This document shows positions 18,906-29,714 of a DNA stretch of 64,000 nucleotides, piece after piece. The stretch is taken from contig JALVYU010000031.1 in the NCBI GenBank assembly GCA_027022365.1, positions 224,001-288,000 on the forward strand, given 5' to 3'. Position numbers and translations under genes: made by a program. Source of the stretch: Desulfurococcales archaeon. Lineage in GTDB: Archaea > Thermoproteota > Thermoprotei_A > Sulfolobales > Desulfurococcaceae. The notes below the pieces were generated by a model. The model was not told where the DNA came from. It did not search any database and saw nothing but the letters and a program-made list of their open reading frames with translations. Each line of letters begins with the position of its first letter. Position 1 is the first letter of the stretch.

Positions 18906-19961
18906 ATGAAGGGACCCGTATTGGACAACAAGTACAAGCGGAAAGTACAGCTGACGGGGAGCTCAACCTATATCGTCAGCCTACCAAAAGACTGGATCAG
19001 AAGACTAGGTATAAAGCAGGGATGCGAAGTACTGATCAATATCATGCCGGACAACTCGCTCAAAATCACGCCCCTGATATCTAGGGAGAAGGGAAAAGAA
19101 CCTCCACGTATAAAGTTGATCCAAGTCAAAGACATCTGTGGAGACGCATTAGTAATAGAGATGATCTCCGCCTACCTCGCAGGCTACGATCAGATAATTC
19201 TTGAGTACCCAGTCGAGCTAGAACACAAGATCCTCGAACAGATCGAGAAGGTACAGGCGAAGACTGTTGGGCTCGAGGTCCTCGAGGAAGAGCCTGGCCG
19301 GCTGAAACTCTATATGATAGTTGACAACACTAGTCTAAGCATCCACGAGTCATTAGAGAAGATGATGAGCATAGCTGTTCTCATGATAGATAATGCTCTC
19401 AAGTTCTTAAAGGAGGGAAAAGAAGTTCTTTTGCAGAGTATTGTCAGGAAGGATGACACGGTCGACAAGCTATTTTTGCTTATTATGAGGCAACTGAACC
19501 AGGTGCTTTCAGGTAGAATAGGCCTGGATAAGACCGGGCTGAAGACTTATCCCGAGATAACATATCTAGTGATTGTGGCTAAGAGTATCGAGAGAATAGC
19601 TGATCATGCCGTACTGTTGTCCAAGTATATAACCAAGATAGACCGTGCAATGGATGTATATCGGGACGTCTACGAGCTACTCGACCTGGCCAAACAAGCA
19701 TACATGTTATCAATAAGAGGATTCAGACTACATGATACAAAACTAGCTCTTAAAGCACTTAACAAGATAAGCGAAGCAGAAAAACGCCTCGATAACTTCA
19801 GGGAAACTCTACCCCCGACCGACGGTCTTAACGCAATATATCCAGTACTAGAGAGCATCAACAGGATAATCGCTTACAGCAGAGATATTGTGGAAGCAAC
19901 ATATAATCTAGCAACATACAGGGAACTGATCGGCTATGCAGAACACAAGGAGAAAGTCTGA
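18906..19961 (+). CDS. phoU: Archaeal PhoU regulator (AbrB-like DNA-binding domain plus PhoU)
   Basis: RKVQLTGSSTYIVSLPKDW, SAYLAGYD, DDTVDKL, IERIADHA; divergent from the pst operon. Confidence 0.92.
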   Translation: MKGPVLDNKYKRKVQLTGSSTYIVSLPKDWIRRLGIKQGCEVLINIMPDNSLKITPLISREKGKEPPRIKLIQVKDICGDALVIEMISAYLAGYDQIILEYPVELEHKILEQIEKVQAKTVGLEVLEEEPGRLKLYMIVDNTSLSIHESLEKMMSIAVLMIDNALKFLKEGKEVLLQSIVRKDDTVDKLFLLIMRQLNQVLSGRIGLDKTGLKTYPEITYLVIVAKSIERIADHAVLLSKYITKIDRAMDVYRDVYELLDLAKQAYMLSIRGFRLHDTKLALKALNKISEAEKRLDNFRETLPPTDGLNAIYPVLESINRIIAYSRDIVEATYNLATYRELIGYAEHKEKV

Positions 19962-20805
19962 ACTAAGACTCCTTGAGGGGGAACCAGTACAGTATAAGGG
20001 CGCAATATGGATTGTCAAGGGAGAGCAACACCCTCCCGGATACTTGGTGGCTTATCCCCGCTATGATCTAGTAAGAAGAGACAAGCTATCAAGTCATGAG
20101 AAGAATATACTTATCCGAGAACATCTCTTCTATTGGGACTGCCTTGACCTACGTGTACCCGTTATACCTCTTCATAATACGGTACAATACTATAGGGGAT
20201 CATCGTGGCAAGCCGATTTGACAAAAACTATTATGGAGCAGATCATAGGTGATCTGGGCGAGGTAATTGTCTCGGGATCATCAATAATTATGAGAGGCAA
20301 CGATGTAGACCTAGTCATTTACACAATCAAGCCTGCATTGGCAGTAGAGAAGATAAAGGAGAACCTAGGTGTTCTAATCGAAGAAGCAGGGACAGGCGAT
20401 CTGTATAGGGAGTGGTTGTTGAAGCATAAATCTACTCTGTCTTTCCAAGAATATCTTAGTTTAAAGATGAATAGCCTGCTACACACTAAGATACTAGGCT
20501 ATCCTGTTAGCTTGAGAATAGTCCCCTATTATCACGGCTTCTCATCATGTATAGATCCCGTCTTTTTACGGAAAAGATACTCTGGTTATCTGGATATTGT
20601 AAAGCCCCTCAGCCCATATACTACTCCTGCGAGATTCCTTGCCAAGCTATCCGATGGAGAAAATATTGTCCTTGAGACCCGGAGAATACTGTATGCAGAG
20701 GCGCAGATCGGCAGGTACTTCTTAGAAAACGGTTATATCGAAGTGAGGGAGACTGGTAAGTATATTGTACCTGATCACGGTATACTTCACCCGGTCAATG
20801 TATAA
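19936..20805 (+). CDS. Putative nucleotidyltransferase-domain protein (COG1665-like)
   Basis: VKG..HPPG..VAYPRY N-terminus; SGS....NDVDLVIY pol-beta NTase motif. Confidence 0.7.
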   Translation: MQNTRRKSELRLLEGEPVQYKGAIWIVKGEQHPPGYLVAYPRYDLVRRDKLSSHEKNILIREHLFYWDCLDLRVPVIPLHNTVQYYRGSSWQADLTKTIMEQIIGDLGEVIVSGSSIIMRGNDVDLVIYTIKPALAVEKIKENLGVLIEEAGTGDLYREWLLKHKSTLSFQEYLSLKMNSLLHTKILGYPVSLRIVPYYHGFSSCIDPVFLRKRYSGYLDIVKPLSPYTTPARFLAKLSDGENIVLETRRILYAEAQIGRYFLENGYIEVRETGKYIVPDHGILHPVNV

Positions 20806-21535
20806 GTGACCTTATCCTATCCAACGCTACTTTGAGGTAGGGTTCGATCTCATCTACGAGTTCATATGGTTTACCGATAAGCAGGTCCATGTTGCTGATA
20901 TAAGGTATATTGCCGAGGTACTCCAAGCCGTATTTCTCAGCCAATTGTTTTAAGGGGCCCGGCTCAGACGCCATGTTCTCGATCAAACCGATTATCTCGT
21001 GGCCGAGATCAATGAGAACCTTGACGAGTTTCTCAACGCTTTTTATTGCTAGGGGGCTGGGGGTGCCGACTATTAAGGGTCTCGGTGAAGGTATATATGT
21101 TAATATGTCGAGGGCTTCGTCCCGGATTCCGGGCGGTGTATCGATAATGAGGACTTTTACTCCCGGCCAATTCGTGATACATAGTATTTCTTTGAATACT
21201 TCATCTACATACTTCCCTCTGAGAGGCATTGGCTCGTCACCGCTATAGTATGCGGTCGTCATGAATCTCACACCAGCAACCCTTGGAGGCACGACCCCCT
21301 TCTCCTCCTCAGGCCACGAGCTAATATCGGCGCCTAGTAATACGTGTAGACCGGGATTAGTAAAGTCAAGATCCAATAGCCCTGTCTCGACACCGCTACG
21401 TGCCAGCAGAACCGCTAGTGATCCCGCAATAACTGTTTTGCCTACCCCGCCCTTACTGCTCATGACGGGTACAATAACCTTTATCTCAGAGAGCTTCTCT
21501 CTTGCAGCCAGAAGCCTCGGATCTATCCTTATCAC
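20795..21535 (-). CDS. mrp: Mrp/NBP35 family ATPase
   Basis: SSKGGVGKT, DLDFTNP, IDTPPG, GLIENMA; directly downstream of hypA. Confidence 0.92.
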   Translation of the reverse strand: MIRIDPRLLAAREKLSEIKVIVPVMSSKGGVGKTVIAGSLAVLLARSGVETGLLDLDFTNPGLHVLLGADISSWPEEEKGVVPPRVAGVRFMTTAYYSGDEPMPLRGKYVDEVFKEILCITNWPGVKVLIIDTPPGIRDEALDILTYIPSPRPLIVGTPSPLAIKSVEKLVKVLIDLGHEIIGLIENMASEPGPLKQLAEKYGLEYLGNIPYISNMDLLIGKPYELVDEIEPYLKVALDRIRSLIH

Positions 21536-21537
21536 GG

Positions 21538-21936
21538 CTACTCCACCTCGATCAGGGTCACATCTACTCCTCTCCCCTTCACTATGTCAAAGTCACGACT
21601 ACCACACACCGGGCATTTGTAGTATGAGAAAATAGTCTCGGGGACAAAATGTATGGCTTCTCTGACTGTGTCGTCGAAAACACTCATGTCAGGCTTCCAC
21701 TCGTGCCCGCATTTCCTGCACCGTAGGACAGGTTCTTCGTCCTCGAAATCTATCTTCTCAACTGTATAACCCATGCTCTCTAGTATTTCTTTCAATGCGA
21801 AGCCGAGTATCTCCTTATCGATGCTTTGAAGAACCCCTAATTTCACGATAATCCTCTTGATAATCTTTTTCTCGCCACCGATCCTATGCATGATATATCT
21901 TGCTAGGGCATCGGCGAGAGCCCATTCATGAACCAT
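21538..21936 (-). CDS. hypA: Hydrogenase nickel incorporation protein HypA
   Basis: MVHEWALA, CRKCG, HFVPE, CPVCGSRDF..GRGV. Confidence 0.95.
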   Translation of the reverse strand: MVHEWALADALARYIMHRIGGEKKIIKRIIVKLGVLQSIDKEILGFALKEILESMGYTVEKIDFEDEEPVLRCRKCGHEWKPDMSVFDDTVREAIHFVPETIFSYYKCPVCGSRDFDIVKGRGVDVTLIEVE

Positions 21937-22055
21937 AGGGGGTCCACCAATCACGGAATATGATGTTGTGGGATAAAATAAATATCATGTAGTGTCTTAA
22001 ATAGGATATATGATCATCCTATAACTGGCGAGTAATTAGCTAGGGAGATAACATT

Positions 22056-22667
22056 ATGGTTGACATTCACAAAGTATATTTATGGATCGATAGATACCCT
22101 GATTTCGCTTTCTACATGATTGCTGCGGTGAATATTATAATTCAATTATTCCTAGGAGTCGGCCTTCATTTCGTGGTCTCTGTACTGGCCCTTATGTTTT
22201 GTAACTTCTTGATTGTGCTGGCGACAAATCTCTTAATGAAGAACTTGTTAAGGGCGAGCAGACCACCTGCATACTATAGGGTTCACGGAGATGGTTCGAG
22301 GATTTTCAGAGGATCATTTCCCAGCCTCCATGCTCAGTTCGCCTTCGCGATGGCCACTACATTTGTTGTGGCCCTATATATCTATGAGGGATGCCGTTTA
22401 CTGACGCCTCGAATGATGGTAGCAATACCTATTGTATACTCTATGGCGTTCATTGTTGCGATGTCTAGGTACTTGATAGTGGTTCATCATCTCCAAGACG
22501 TTTTGGGCGGAATAATATTCGGGGTAGTCTTCTCGCTTCCACTCACATTGTATATTTATGGAGCATTCGACGAGCTCCCCCTCGTCCTCCAAGCGTTCTT
22601 CGGCTTGTTCTTCTTACTCCTGGTCTTTCTCCTATCGCATTATGAGAGGAGGCATGTGTCAGCCTAG
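22056..22667 (+). CDS. PAP2 family phosphatase
   Basis: KNLLRASRP, SFPSLHA, SRYLIVVHHLQDV. Confidence 0.88.
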   Translation: MVDIHKVYLWIDRYPDFAFYMIAAVNIIIQLFLGVGLHFVVSVLALMFCNFLIVLATNLLMKNLLRASRPPAYYRVHGDGSRIFRGSFPSLHAQFAFAMATTFVVALYIYEGCRLLTPRMMVAIPIVYSMAFIVAMSRYLIVVHHLQDVLGGIIFGVVFSLPLTLYIYGAFDELPLVLQAFFGLFFLLLVFLLSHYERRHVSA

Positions 22668-23812
22668 ATGATCAACGGCATGTTCTCCGCCCATATCCTG
22701 CACGTTCCCTCACTGCTAACCATACAGGGCCCGTAAGGGTTCTCGGGCGTGCATCTCTTCATGAATAATGGGCAGTCCGTTGGCTTGGCTGCTCCCAAGA
22801 CTACGTCTGGGCAACGGCATCCCGGGAGGTGCTCGCGTGGACCGGGTTTCTCCTCGATGCCTAGGACTGCGGCGAGGTCTCTATTCCTGTATTCTTTCTT
22901 TGGATAGGCACCGCTATCGGGGATGTAGCCTATGGCTCTCCAATAGGCGGTTCTAGCCTCGTATACTTTCTGAATGGCTTTTTTCGCCGAGATGTTTCCC
23001 TCGGGCCTGACAACCCTCGTGTACTCGTTTACTAGGCGCGGCTTGTCCTCGAGCTTCATCTCGAGGATATACTTTACTGCGAGGAGCACGTCCACGGGCT
23101 CAAAACCCGAGACGACGACTGGTATGTTGTATTCTTCTGGGAGGAAAACCCATGCATTGGCGCCAATAATGGATGATACATGTCCAGGGGCTATTACTCC
23201 GTCTAAACGTATGTCTGGCCTGTTTTCCAGTAGGTGCTTCATCACAGGCGGTGTGAGCCTGTAGGCGTGGAGGATCAGGAGATTTTCCGGGACGCTGTGG
23301 GCCATGAGGGGGAAAGCGGTTGTAGGCATCGTGGTCTCGAAGCCTACTGCGAAGAACACGTGCTTCTCATCCTTCTCTCTTAACGCGTGTTTTAGTGAGT
23401 CGAGGAAACTATAGACAACCCTAACCTTACCGCCAGAAGCATGCGCCTCATACAGGCTCCTAACGCCTCTGATCCTTGTTCCCGGCAGCTTGTATGCGTC
23501 GCCATATGTATGTATAACGTATTCCTCAAAACTCAGGTCGATGAGCAGATCGACATAGTACCCCGGAGTGATACATACAGGGCATCCAGGCCCAGCGATA
23601 AGCTCTACGTTATCCGGCATTAATGTCCTGAGACCGTAATGCGATATTGTCCACTCGTGGGTTCCACAGAAATTCATTATTTTCAGAACATCACCGTATT
23701 CCCTCGCGAGAAGATGGATCTCATCAACTATTTTATTTGCCCTCGGGTTTCTCTCGAAGACATGTTTAATAGTCCCGATAATATTGTCTCCCGGCAAAAC
23801 GATAAGCACCAT
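22664..23812 (-). CDS. hypD: Hydrogenase formation protein HypD
   Basis: FCGTHE, GPGCPVC, GFETT, PGHVS, GPCMVSSEGTC. Confidence 0.96.
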   Translation of the reverse strand: MVLIVLPGDNIIGTIKHVFERNPRANKIVDEIHLLAREYGDVLKIMNFCGTHEWTISHYGLRTLMPDNVELIAGPGCPVCITPGYYVDLLIDLSFEEYVIHTYGDAYKLPGTRIRGVRSLYEAHASGGKVRVVYSFLDSLKHALREKDEKHVFFAVGFETTMPTTAFPLMAHSVPENLLILHAYRLTPPVMKHLLENRPDIRLDGVIAPGHVSSIIGANAWVFLPEEYNIPVVVSGFEPVDVLLAVKYILEMKLEDKPRLVNEYTRVVRPEGNISAKKAIQKVYEARTAYWRAIGYIPDSGAYPKKEYRNRDLAAVLGIEEKPGPREHLPGCRCPDVVLGAAKPTDCPLFMKRCTPENPYGPCMVSSEGTCRIWAENMPLII

Positions 23813-23946
23813 CCGCTCAACGAGTGTTCGAGGATCTTATATGGTTAATGCCCTCTATTATAGGAATATCGTTATCTACCCCTTTGTGTAACGTTTTGTA
23901 TACAGCTTTATATGAGCCTACCAAGTAAGCATTGTTCATCTATACG

Positions 23947-25206
23947 TTATTTTATTAATTTAACAAGCACTTTTTCTCCCTCGGCGTATCCTTCGATATG
24001 CCCAGGTATGATCACGTAGCCATCGCTTCTCGATAGACTGGACAGTATACCGCTTCCCTTCAGCATGTAGGGCTCCGCATAGATTATATCGTCCCCATAT
24101 GTCAGCCTAACCCTTATGAGGCTAGTATACCCGACACGGTTAGGCAGGCTCCTACGGAGAACCGCTACAGCTACAGGTCTCTCCAGCCCCCTTAATCCAT
24201 ACTTGTTTATCATGGCTTGTCTCAGGATAAGCTCCAGGCCCGTCCACGCGGCGACAGGGTATCCGCTGAGCATTAGCACGGGCTTATCGTTCACGAGCGC
24301 CAAGCTGGTGGGCCTCCCCGGCCTCATCGCCACTCCTCGGAAAACCCATTCTCCCAGATCCTCGACAACATCCCTTACGATATCGCCCTCGCTTACGCTC
24401 GTGCCTCCAGTGGTCAATACTATGTCGTAGCGCCATGTAGCGTACTCGATAGCCTCCCGTATCGCATCGTAGTCGTCCGGATAGATCCCGAGGTAATCGG
24501 CCTTGAAAAGCCCTGTCTCCTCAAGATACGCTTTGACGAGATATCCTGTGGAGGCATATATTTTCCCCTCAATGTACGGTTTCCCCGGTTCTAGTAGCTC
24601 ATTACCAGTACTGATGATCGCGGCCGATAGTCTCCCATATACTCTGACCCTATCAATCCCGTTACTAGCGATTATCCCTATGTGCTGGGCCCTGATCCTC
24701 TCGCCTCTCGGAACGATAACTGAGCCTTTGGAGAAGTCCTCGCCTTTCCTCGAGACGTTAGCATACGGGCTGACAGGAGAGTATACCTCTACCTCGTCGC
24801 CCATCTTCATTGTGTCCTCATACATTACCACCGCGTCCGCCCCCCTAGGCAGAGGCGCACCAGTATGTATCTCGACGGCTTCTCCAGGGCCAACCACGTG
24901 TTTGTCGGGCTTATCCCCCGGCTTCATCGAGCCCACTATTCTGAGCACGGCCGGGTTGTTTACACTGGCTCCTTGGACATCTATCGATCTAACAGCATAG
25001 CCGTCGACAGCACTACGGTCGAACTCCGGCATATCGATCCTCGCCACTATGTCCTCGGCGGAGTAGCACCCCAGCGAATTAATTAGCTCAACACTCCTGA
25101 TAGGAAGATTCTTGGGTAGTACCTTGGCTAATCTATTGATCGCTTCATCCACACCGATTAGTTTCCCTAGGAACCTGGGCATATCTGTCACACCATGTCC
25201 TCTCAT
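23947..25206 (-). CDS. moeA: Molybdopterin molybdenum/tungsten transferase MoeA
   Basis: FDRSAVDGYAV, TGAPLPRGADAVVM, STGNEL, TTGGTS, RPGRP, LSGYP. Confidence 0.95.
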   Translation of the reverse strand: MRGHGVTDMPRFLGKLIGVDEAINRLAKVLPKNLPIRSVELINSLGCYSAEDIVARIDMPEFDRSAVDGYAVRSIDVQGASVNNPAVLRIVGSMKPGDKPDKHVVGPGEAVEIHTGAPLPRGADAVVMYEDTMKMGDEVEVYSPVSPYANVSRKGEDFSKGSVIVPRGERIRAQHIGIIASNGIDRVRVYGRLSAAIISTGNELLEPGKPYIEGKIYASTGYLVKAYLEETGLFKADYLGIYPDDYDAIREAIEYATWRYDIVLTTGGTSVSEGDIVRDVVEDLGEWVFRGVAMRPGRPTSLALVNDKPVLMLSGYPVAAWTGLELILRQAMINKYGLRGLERPVAVAVLRRSLPNRVGYTSLIRVRLTYGDDIIYAEPYMLKGSGILSSLSRSDGYVIIPGHIEGYAEGEKVLVKLIK

Positions 25207-25310
25207 GGCTTGCCCTTTCCGCTCCTGAATAGGTTTAGCCTGGAAACAATTAATAATAGATATGATATGACTATATGGTTGAAGCCCGTAATTTATGTAA
25301 GTGATGCCAA

Positions 25311-26246
25311 ATGACCAACAAATACATTAAGTTGCTGGCGGCGGCCCTAGTGGGGATAGCCCTCCTTTCAGCAATTATTTATGTATCAATATCCAATAAA
25401 CCTCAGGGAACCAGCAATAGTGTCCAATATGTTCCTAGAGAACTTCTCAAACTCTATGTTTTATCCAGCCTATACCTAGATAGGGCGAGCTCATCACTAT
25501 ACCATACAATCTATGATTTACCTTTATCAACCAACATAACTATGGATAATATAGACCAGCTGCTTTCCCGCTATAAACAAGACGAGAAGTATCTCCCCCT
25601 GGTTCCCGTCACAGGCATTGATCGATATCTCGTTGGAACCTATGAAACATACAGAGAGATAGCGTTCATAGCCAGGGATATAATAACCATAAATAATAGT
25701 GTTTCGGAGATAATGCCGAAAATGAAAAAGACACTAAGATCTCTGGTGAACTGCAACTATACTGAGGCCATGAGGATCTATCAAGGAATCAGAGACAAGG
25801 TAGTCCGCCTCGATGAAAACATCAGTAATACGCTACTTAACCTCACGAGCATCAATACATCCTATATCTTGTCGCCAAAACATGTACAAGTAATCAATAG
25901 GACTATAGCACTGCTCAGACATCTAGACGAAATACTTAACAAATACATCACGATAATGGATGAGATCCAGAAAAACCCGATCATACTGCAAAAAGCATGT
26001 ATGATAACATCAGGGAAACATCCGGGTATCGACAAACAACTGATCGAACAGGCACAGGAACTAGTCAACCAGATGAGTAACTCGCAGCTCGGCGGCCTCG
26101 ATCCCGAGAAGGACGCACTCGTGGCCCTCATAAGCAACATATTGTCTCAGAACAGTAATGGTGGTCAAGGACAATCAAGTGGTAATGCAAGTGGTAATGG
26201 AGAGGGCGGAGGCGCAGGCTCATATAACTACACGGAGACGGACTAG
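25311..26246 (+). CDS. Membrane-anchored helical protein with G/S/N-rich tail
   Basis: N-terminal TM; helical body; tail GGQGQSSGNASGNGEGGGAG; 2 bp upstream of the vWA gene. Confidence 0.75.
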   Translation: MTNKYIKLLAAALVGIALLSAIIYVSISNKPQGTSNSVQYVPRELLKLYVLSSLYLDRASSSLYHTIYDLPLSTNITMDNIDQLLSRYKQDEKYLPLVPVTGIDRYLVGTYETYREIAFIARDIITINNSVSEIMPKMKKTLRSLVNCNYTEAMRIYQGIRDKVVRLDENISNTLLNLTSINTSYILSPKHVQVINRTIALLRHLDEILNKYITIMDEIQKNPIILQKACMITSGKHPGIDKQLIEQAQELVNQMSNSQLGGLDPEKDALVALISNILSQNSNGGQGQSSGNASGNGEGGGAGSYNYTETD

Positions 26247-26248
26247 TA

Positions 26249-27163
26249 ATGATGGCTTTCACGAGGCCCTGGATCCTCCCCCTTCTACCAGTTATAGTTG
26301 CGATAATTGTATTCATCCATAAACGATCCACTGGGAGAAAAGCTCGTCTTGCCAGTGCTCTCCAGGGAAAGGTAGGGCCTAGTGCATGGAAGCTATTATC
26401 AGCAGCTATGGCGGCCTCGATGCTGATCATTGCATTGTCCCAGCCAGTTGTCTCTTACCGAGAAAAAATACCTGTTAACTCAATAGAGGATATGATTAAG
26501 TACAATGAAAAGCTTCCAGCCCAGTACATTATACTAGTAGACGTGTCCCCAAGCATGCATACTGGAAACCCTCCACGCCTTGATACCGCGCTGAAAGTTG
26601 TCAGAATGATCGTGGACGATATAAAAGATAATGGAACAATTATGCTGAGTGTTTTCGGTGGCCGTGTAGAACAATTATATGTCGGGGCACCCTCCAACAT
26701 ATCAAGGATACTGTACATGATCAGGAATTATGATATAAAATACACAGCCATAGGGGACGCCATAGGATACGCGGTATCATGCGCCCACGCATCACGCCTC
26801 CCAAGCATTGCAGTGATAATAACTGATGGAGCCAACAACTACGGCCCCGATCCAGTACAGACCTATATTTACGCCAACAAGACACATCTACCCATACTCT
26901 TCATAAGAATAGACAGCGACCCCAGGGCTAACCAGCTGTTCGCGGAGCTAGCAAGGCATGACGCATATATTGTTTCAGCATCAAGTTTTAACCTAAAATC
27001 CCTTGAGCCGGTCATAGAGCATGCGATACAGCGGATGAAATACACTGCATTAGTAGAGACTGGTAAGAACTACATAGTAGTGAACAGGATCACTAATCTT
27101 CCAACAATGATATTAGGCGCAGTGGCAGTGGTAGCCATCATCTTATCGAGGATGACGTGGTGA
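26249..27163 (+). CDS. vWA domain membrane protein (BatA-like)
   Basis: FTRPW..LLP N-terminal TM, IALSQP, MIDAS DVSPSM, TAIGDAI, ITDGANN, C-terminal TM. Confidence 0.88.
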   Translation: MMAFTRPWILPLLPVIVAIIVFIHKRSTGRKARLASALQGKVGPSAWKLLSAAMAASMLIIALSQPVVSYREKIPVNSIEDMIKYNEKLPAQYIILVDVSPSMHTGNPPRLDTALKVVRMIVDDIKDNGTIMLSVFGGRVEQLYVGAPSNISRILYMIRNYDIKYTAIGDAIGYAVSCAHASRLPSIAVIITDGANNYGPDPVQTYIYANKTHLPILFIRIDSDPRANQLFAELARHDAYIVSASSFNLKSLEPVIEHAIQRMKYTALVETGKNYIVVNRITNLPTMILGAVAVVAIILSRMTW

Positions 27164-27167
27164 GAAA

Positions 27168-28142
27168 ATGATTGTTTTCGAGCACCCAGTAGTGTTCATA
27201 ATCGCTATAGTCTCTGCAGCGACATATTTCGTCGTATCGTTGAGGAAGTCCGAGAAACTCTACATTAAATACAATAGATTCTACAATCCGTTGATAAAGT
27301 ATGTAGAATACAAGACTGGTAGCCGGACAACCAAGACCTTCTTCGAACAAGCCCTGGTCGCCCTATCGATCTTCTTAGTAATATCGGCTCTTGCTAATCC
27401 CTACCTAGTTATCACGGAGTACAAGACAGTCAACATTGTGGCGCAGGCAAACCTTAGGATCAAGGTTAAGCCAGCCATAGTATTGATAATAGATACTTCA
27501 GGCAGCATGTATGGGGAAAAGATCGAGGAAGCTAAACAAGCACTAACAAAGTTTGTCGAGATAATAGATGGCAAAGCCGATATCGGCCTTATATCGTTTG
27601 CTTCAACCGTGAAAACAGCGATACCGCCCACAGGAGATACAGGCTTGATCATCAATGCGATCAACAGGCTCAAAGCAGTAGGAGGAACAATGTACCAGTA
27701 CCCCCTAACAACAGCGCTCAACTGGCTGAAAACCTATAGGTACTTCAACGTATCCGCATATGTCGTATTTGCATCCGATGGACTACCCGCAGATCTTCCA
27801 ATGGCAGAGGATATAGTTAAGCAGTTCGCATCGCTGGGGATACCAATATACACGATATTCATAGGTAAGTCGAACATAGGATATAAGACCCTAGAGGAAA
27901 TAGCTAGGGAAACCCATGGAAAGTGCTTCCGGGCAAAGAATGCCGCCGAGATAATGGAGAAATATATTGAGGCGGCAAAAGATGTTAAAACAAGTATTTT
28001 ACGATCTGTAAACGTCACCGTCACAGATAAAATAAGACTTCAGAAAAAACTATACCTGTCATGGTATTTTTACGTAGGCGGATTAACGGCTTACATTCTA
28101 GCCATAATCATATCTTATAAGACTAGGAGAATCACCTATTAG
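27168..28142 (+). CDS. vWA domain membrane protein (BatA/BatB-like)
   Basis: FEHP N-terminal TM, ALANP, MIDAS DTSGSM, GGT, SDG, C-terminal TM. Confidence 0.9.
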   Translation: MIVFEHPVVFIIAIVSAATYFVVSLRKSEKLYIKYNRFYNPLIKYVEYKTGSRTTKTFFEQALVALSIFLVISALANPYLVITEYKTVNIVAQANLRIKVKPAIVLIIDTSGSMYGEKIEEAKQALTKFVEIIDGKADIGLISFASTVKTAIPPTGDTGLIINAINRLKAVGGTMYQYPLTTALNWLKTYRYFNVSAYVVFASDGLPADLPMAEDIVKQFASLGIPIYTIFIGKSNIGYKTLEEIARETHGKCFRAKNAAEIMEKYIEAAKDVKTSILRSVNVTVTDKIRLQKKLYLSWYFYVGGLTAYILAIIISYKTRRITY

Positions 28143-28950
28143 ATCTCCTTCTTCTCACCAACCACCTAAAAGTCTCCTTGACTGCCTCGGGATCCCTTTT
28201 ATAATCAATAAATATCAGCGCCAAGCCCACGAAAGCCACTGCTGCAGTTCTGAGAACAGCATCCCTGCCTACCTCAATATAGCCTATGAACCGGAACGTT
28301 AAAGGATTGATATAGTAGATATCAATGTTCTTCACAACCGAGTTCAATATTCCATTGGCGGCCCAGCTACCGTTGAGGGCTGAGTCTACCACCTGTCCTA
28401 TACGGTACAGGTTTTGCGACGGCATAACATTAAGATCTCTTACAAGCGTATTCCTATCTACAACATAGATTATCACCATATAAACGTATCGATAGCTTGT
28501 TAACTTGTTCTCGCTGATCCTTAGATCGATGCTCATGCCGGGTAATATATTTACTTCATATATGATATTACTGTAAGCGACTGCGAGAAATCTATTCATA
28601 ATCTGCGGTTTAACAGCACCCGTTATATGTGGAACAGGCATGTAGGTTCCAATGATCAGGAGCTTATTTTCAAGAGGAGTATTAAGGATTACAGGAGAAC
28701 CAGATATCTCTAGGGAAAACACGTAGGGTAGGTTCGGGTTTCCGTAGTTTCTGAGAATACTCTTGAAGTCGGTGCTTACAATTGCGAAGTAGGTTTTATT
28801 CCCTATATTGGATGCTATAGAAGCTATGGTTGATGGGCCGCTTATACTGTACATTGTTAGTTCAGGCTTTTGAAGAGTGGCCACAGCCATTGCTATAATG
28901 CCTACTAGTGATAGCAATATTATTAATATGCCTAGGTAGCGAAGCATCAT
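28132..28950 (-). CDS. Hypothetical membrane protein (N- and C-terminal TM, extracellular domain)
   Basis: ATG overlaps the stop of the ABC permease; two terminal TMs; basic C-terminal tail. Confidence 0.7.
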   Translation of the reverse strand: MMLRYLGILIILLSLVGIIAMAVATLQKPELTMYSISGPSTIASIASNIGNKTYFAIVSTDFKSILRNYGNPNLPYVFSLEISGSPVILNTPLENKLLIIGTYMPVPHITGAVKPQIMNRFLAVAYSNIIYEVNILPGMSIDLRISENKLTSYRYVYMVIIYVVDRNTLVRDLNVMPSQNLYRIGQVVDSALNGSWAANGILNSVVKNIDIYYINPLTFRFIGYIEVGRDAVLRTAAVAFVGLALIFIDYKRDPEAVKETFRWLVRRRRSNR

Positions 28951-29714
28951 ACCTCGACCTCTCTCCAAGACATATAGCTAAGTAATATGAATATAATGTC
29001 AAGAAATACAAGAACAACAGCCGATTCTAAGAAGGGATTCATTCCGAACACGCCTACCATACTATATGAAGATATTGCCACATAGAGTAGCTGATTACAT
29101 ATGAGGGTTATACTCTTAAAGATCCCCTCTCCAAGGCTTGGTGTGAATATTGATGCTAGTAGTCCTACTGAAAAAGGAATTATTACCATAAGCAGAAATA
29201 CTGCGAAAACAGCTAAGGATCTCCGTTTAGTGAAAGCTCCAATAGTCATCCCTATGGTGCCATAATATATCGTCTGTAGAGCACAAATTATGAGAAGTTG
29301 TCCTAGAGATATGTTTAATCCATACTGTCTAACAGGAATAACTAGCATTGATGGATCAATTATTAGTGCTGGTATGGAGTATATGAGTAGAAAGACTATG
29401 GTTTGGAACACTACACCACCAAATAACCAGGCGCTATAATACTCTTTACGTGTCAGTCCGGTTGCCAGATAAACTTGTATAGTCCCCTTAGACAGTTCGT
29501 CAACCGGCTCAGTGGCTAGAGCACTGATCAACGCCACATATATGAAGAAAAAGAATGGGAGAAGGGATAAGCTCATTGATGGTGAGGAATAGAAAGCATA
29601 TGATATTATAGCGGAGAATATGAGTGTAAATACATAAAATATTCTTATCTGTAGCCCAACAATGTAATCTATGTGGTTTATTATTCTTCTAATTGAGTCC
29701 TGCAAGCTTTTCAT
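28947..29714 (-). CDS. ABC-2 type permease
   Basis: Six hydrophobic helices; ELSKGTIQVYLATGLTRKEY motif; exact start uncertain. Confidence 0.82.
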   Translation of the reverse strand: MKSLQDSIRRIINHIDYIVGLQIRIFYVFTLIFSAIISYAFYSSPSMSLSLLPFFFFIYVALISALATEPVDELSKGTIQVYLATGLTRKEYYSAWLFGGVVFQTIVFLLIYSIPALIIDPSMLVIPVRQYGLNISLGQLLIICALQTIYYGTIGMTIGAFTKRRSLAVFAVFLLMVIIPFSVGLLASIFTPSLGEGIFKSITLICNQLLYVAISSYSMVGVFGMNPFLESAVVLVFLDIIFILLSYMSWREVEV

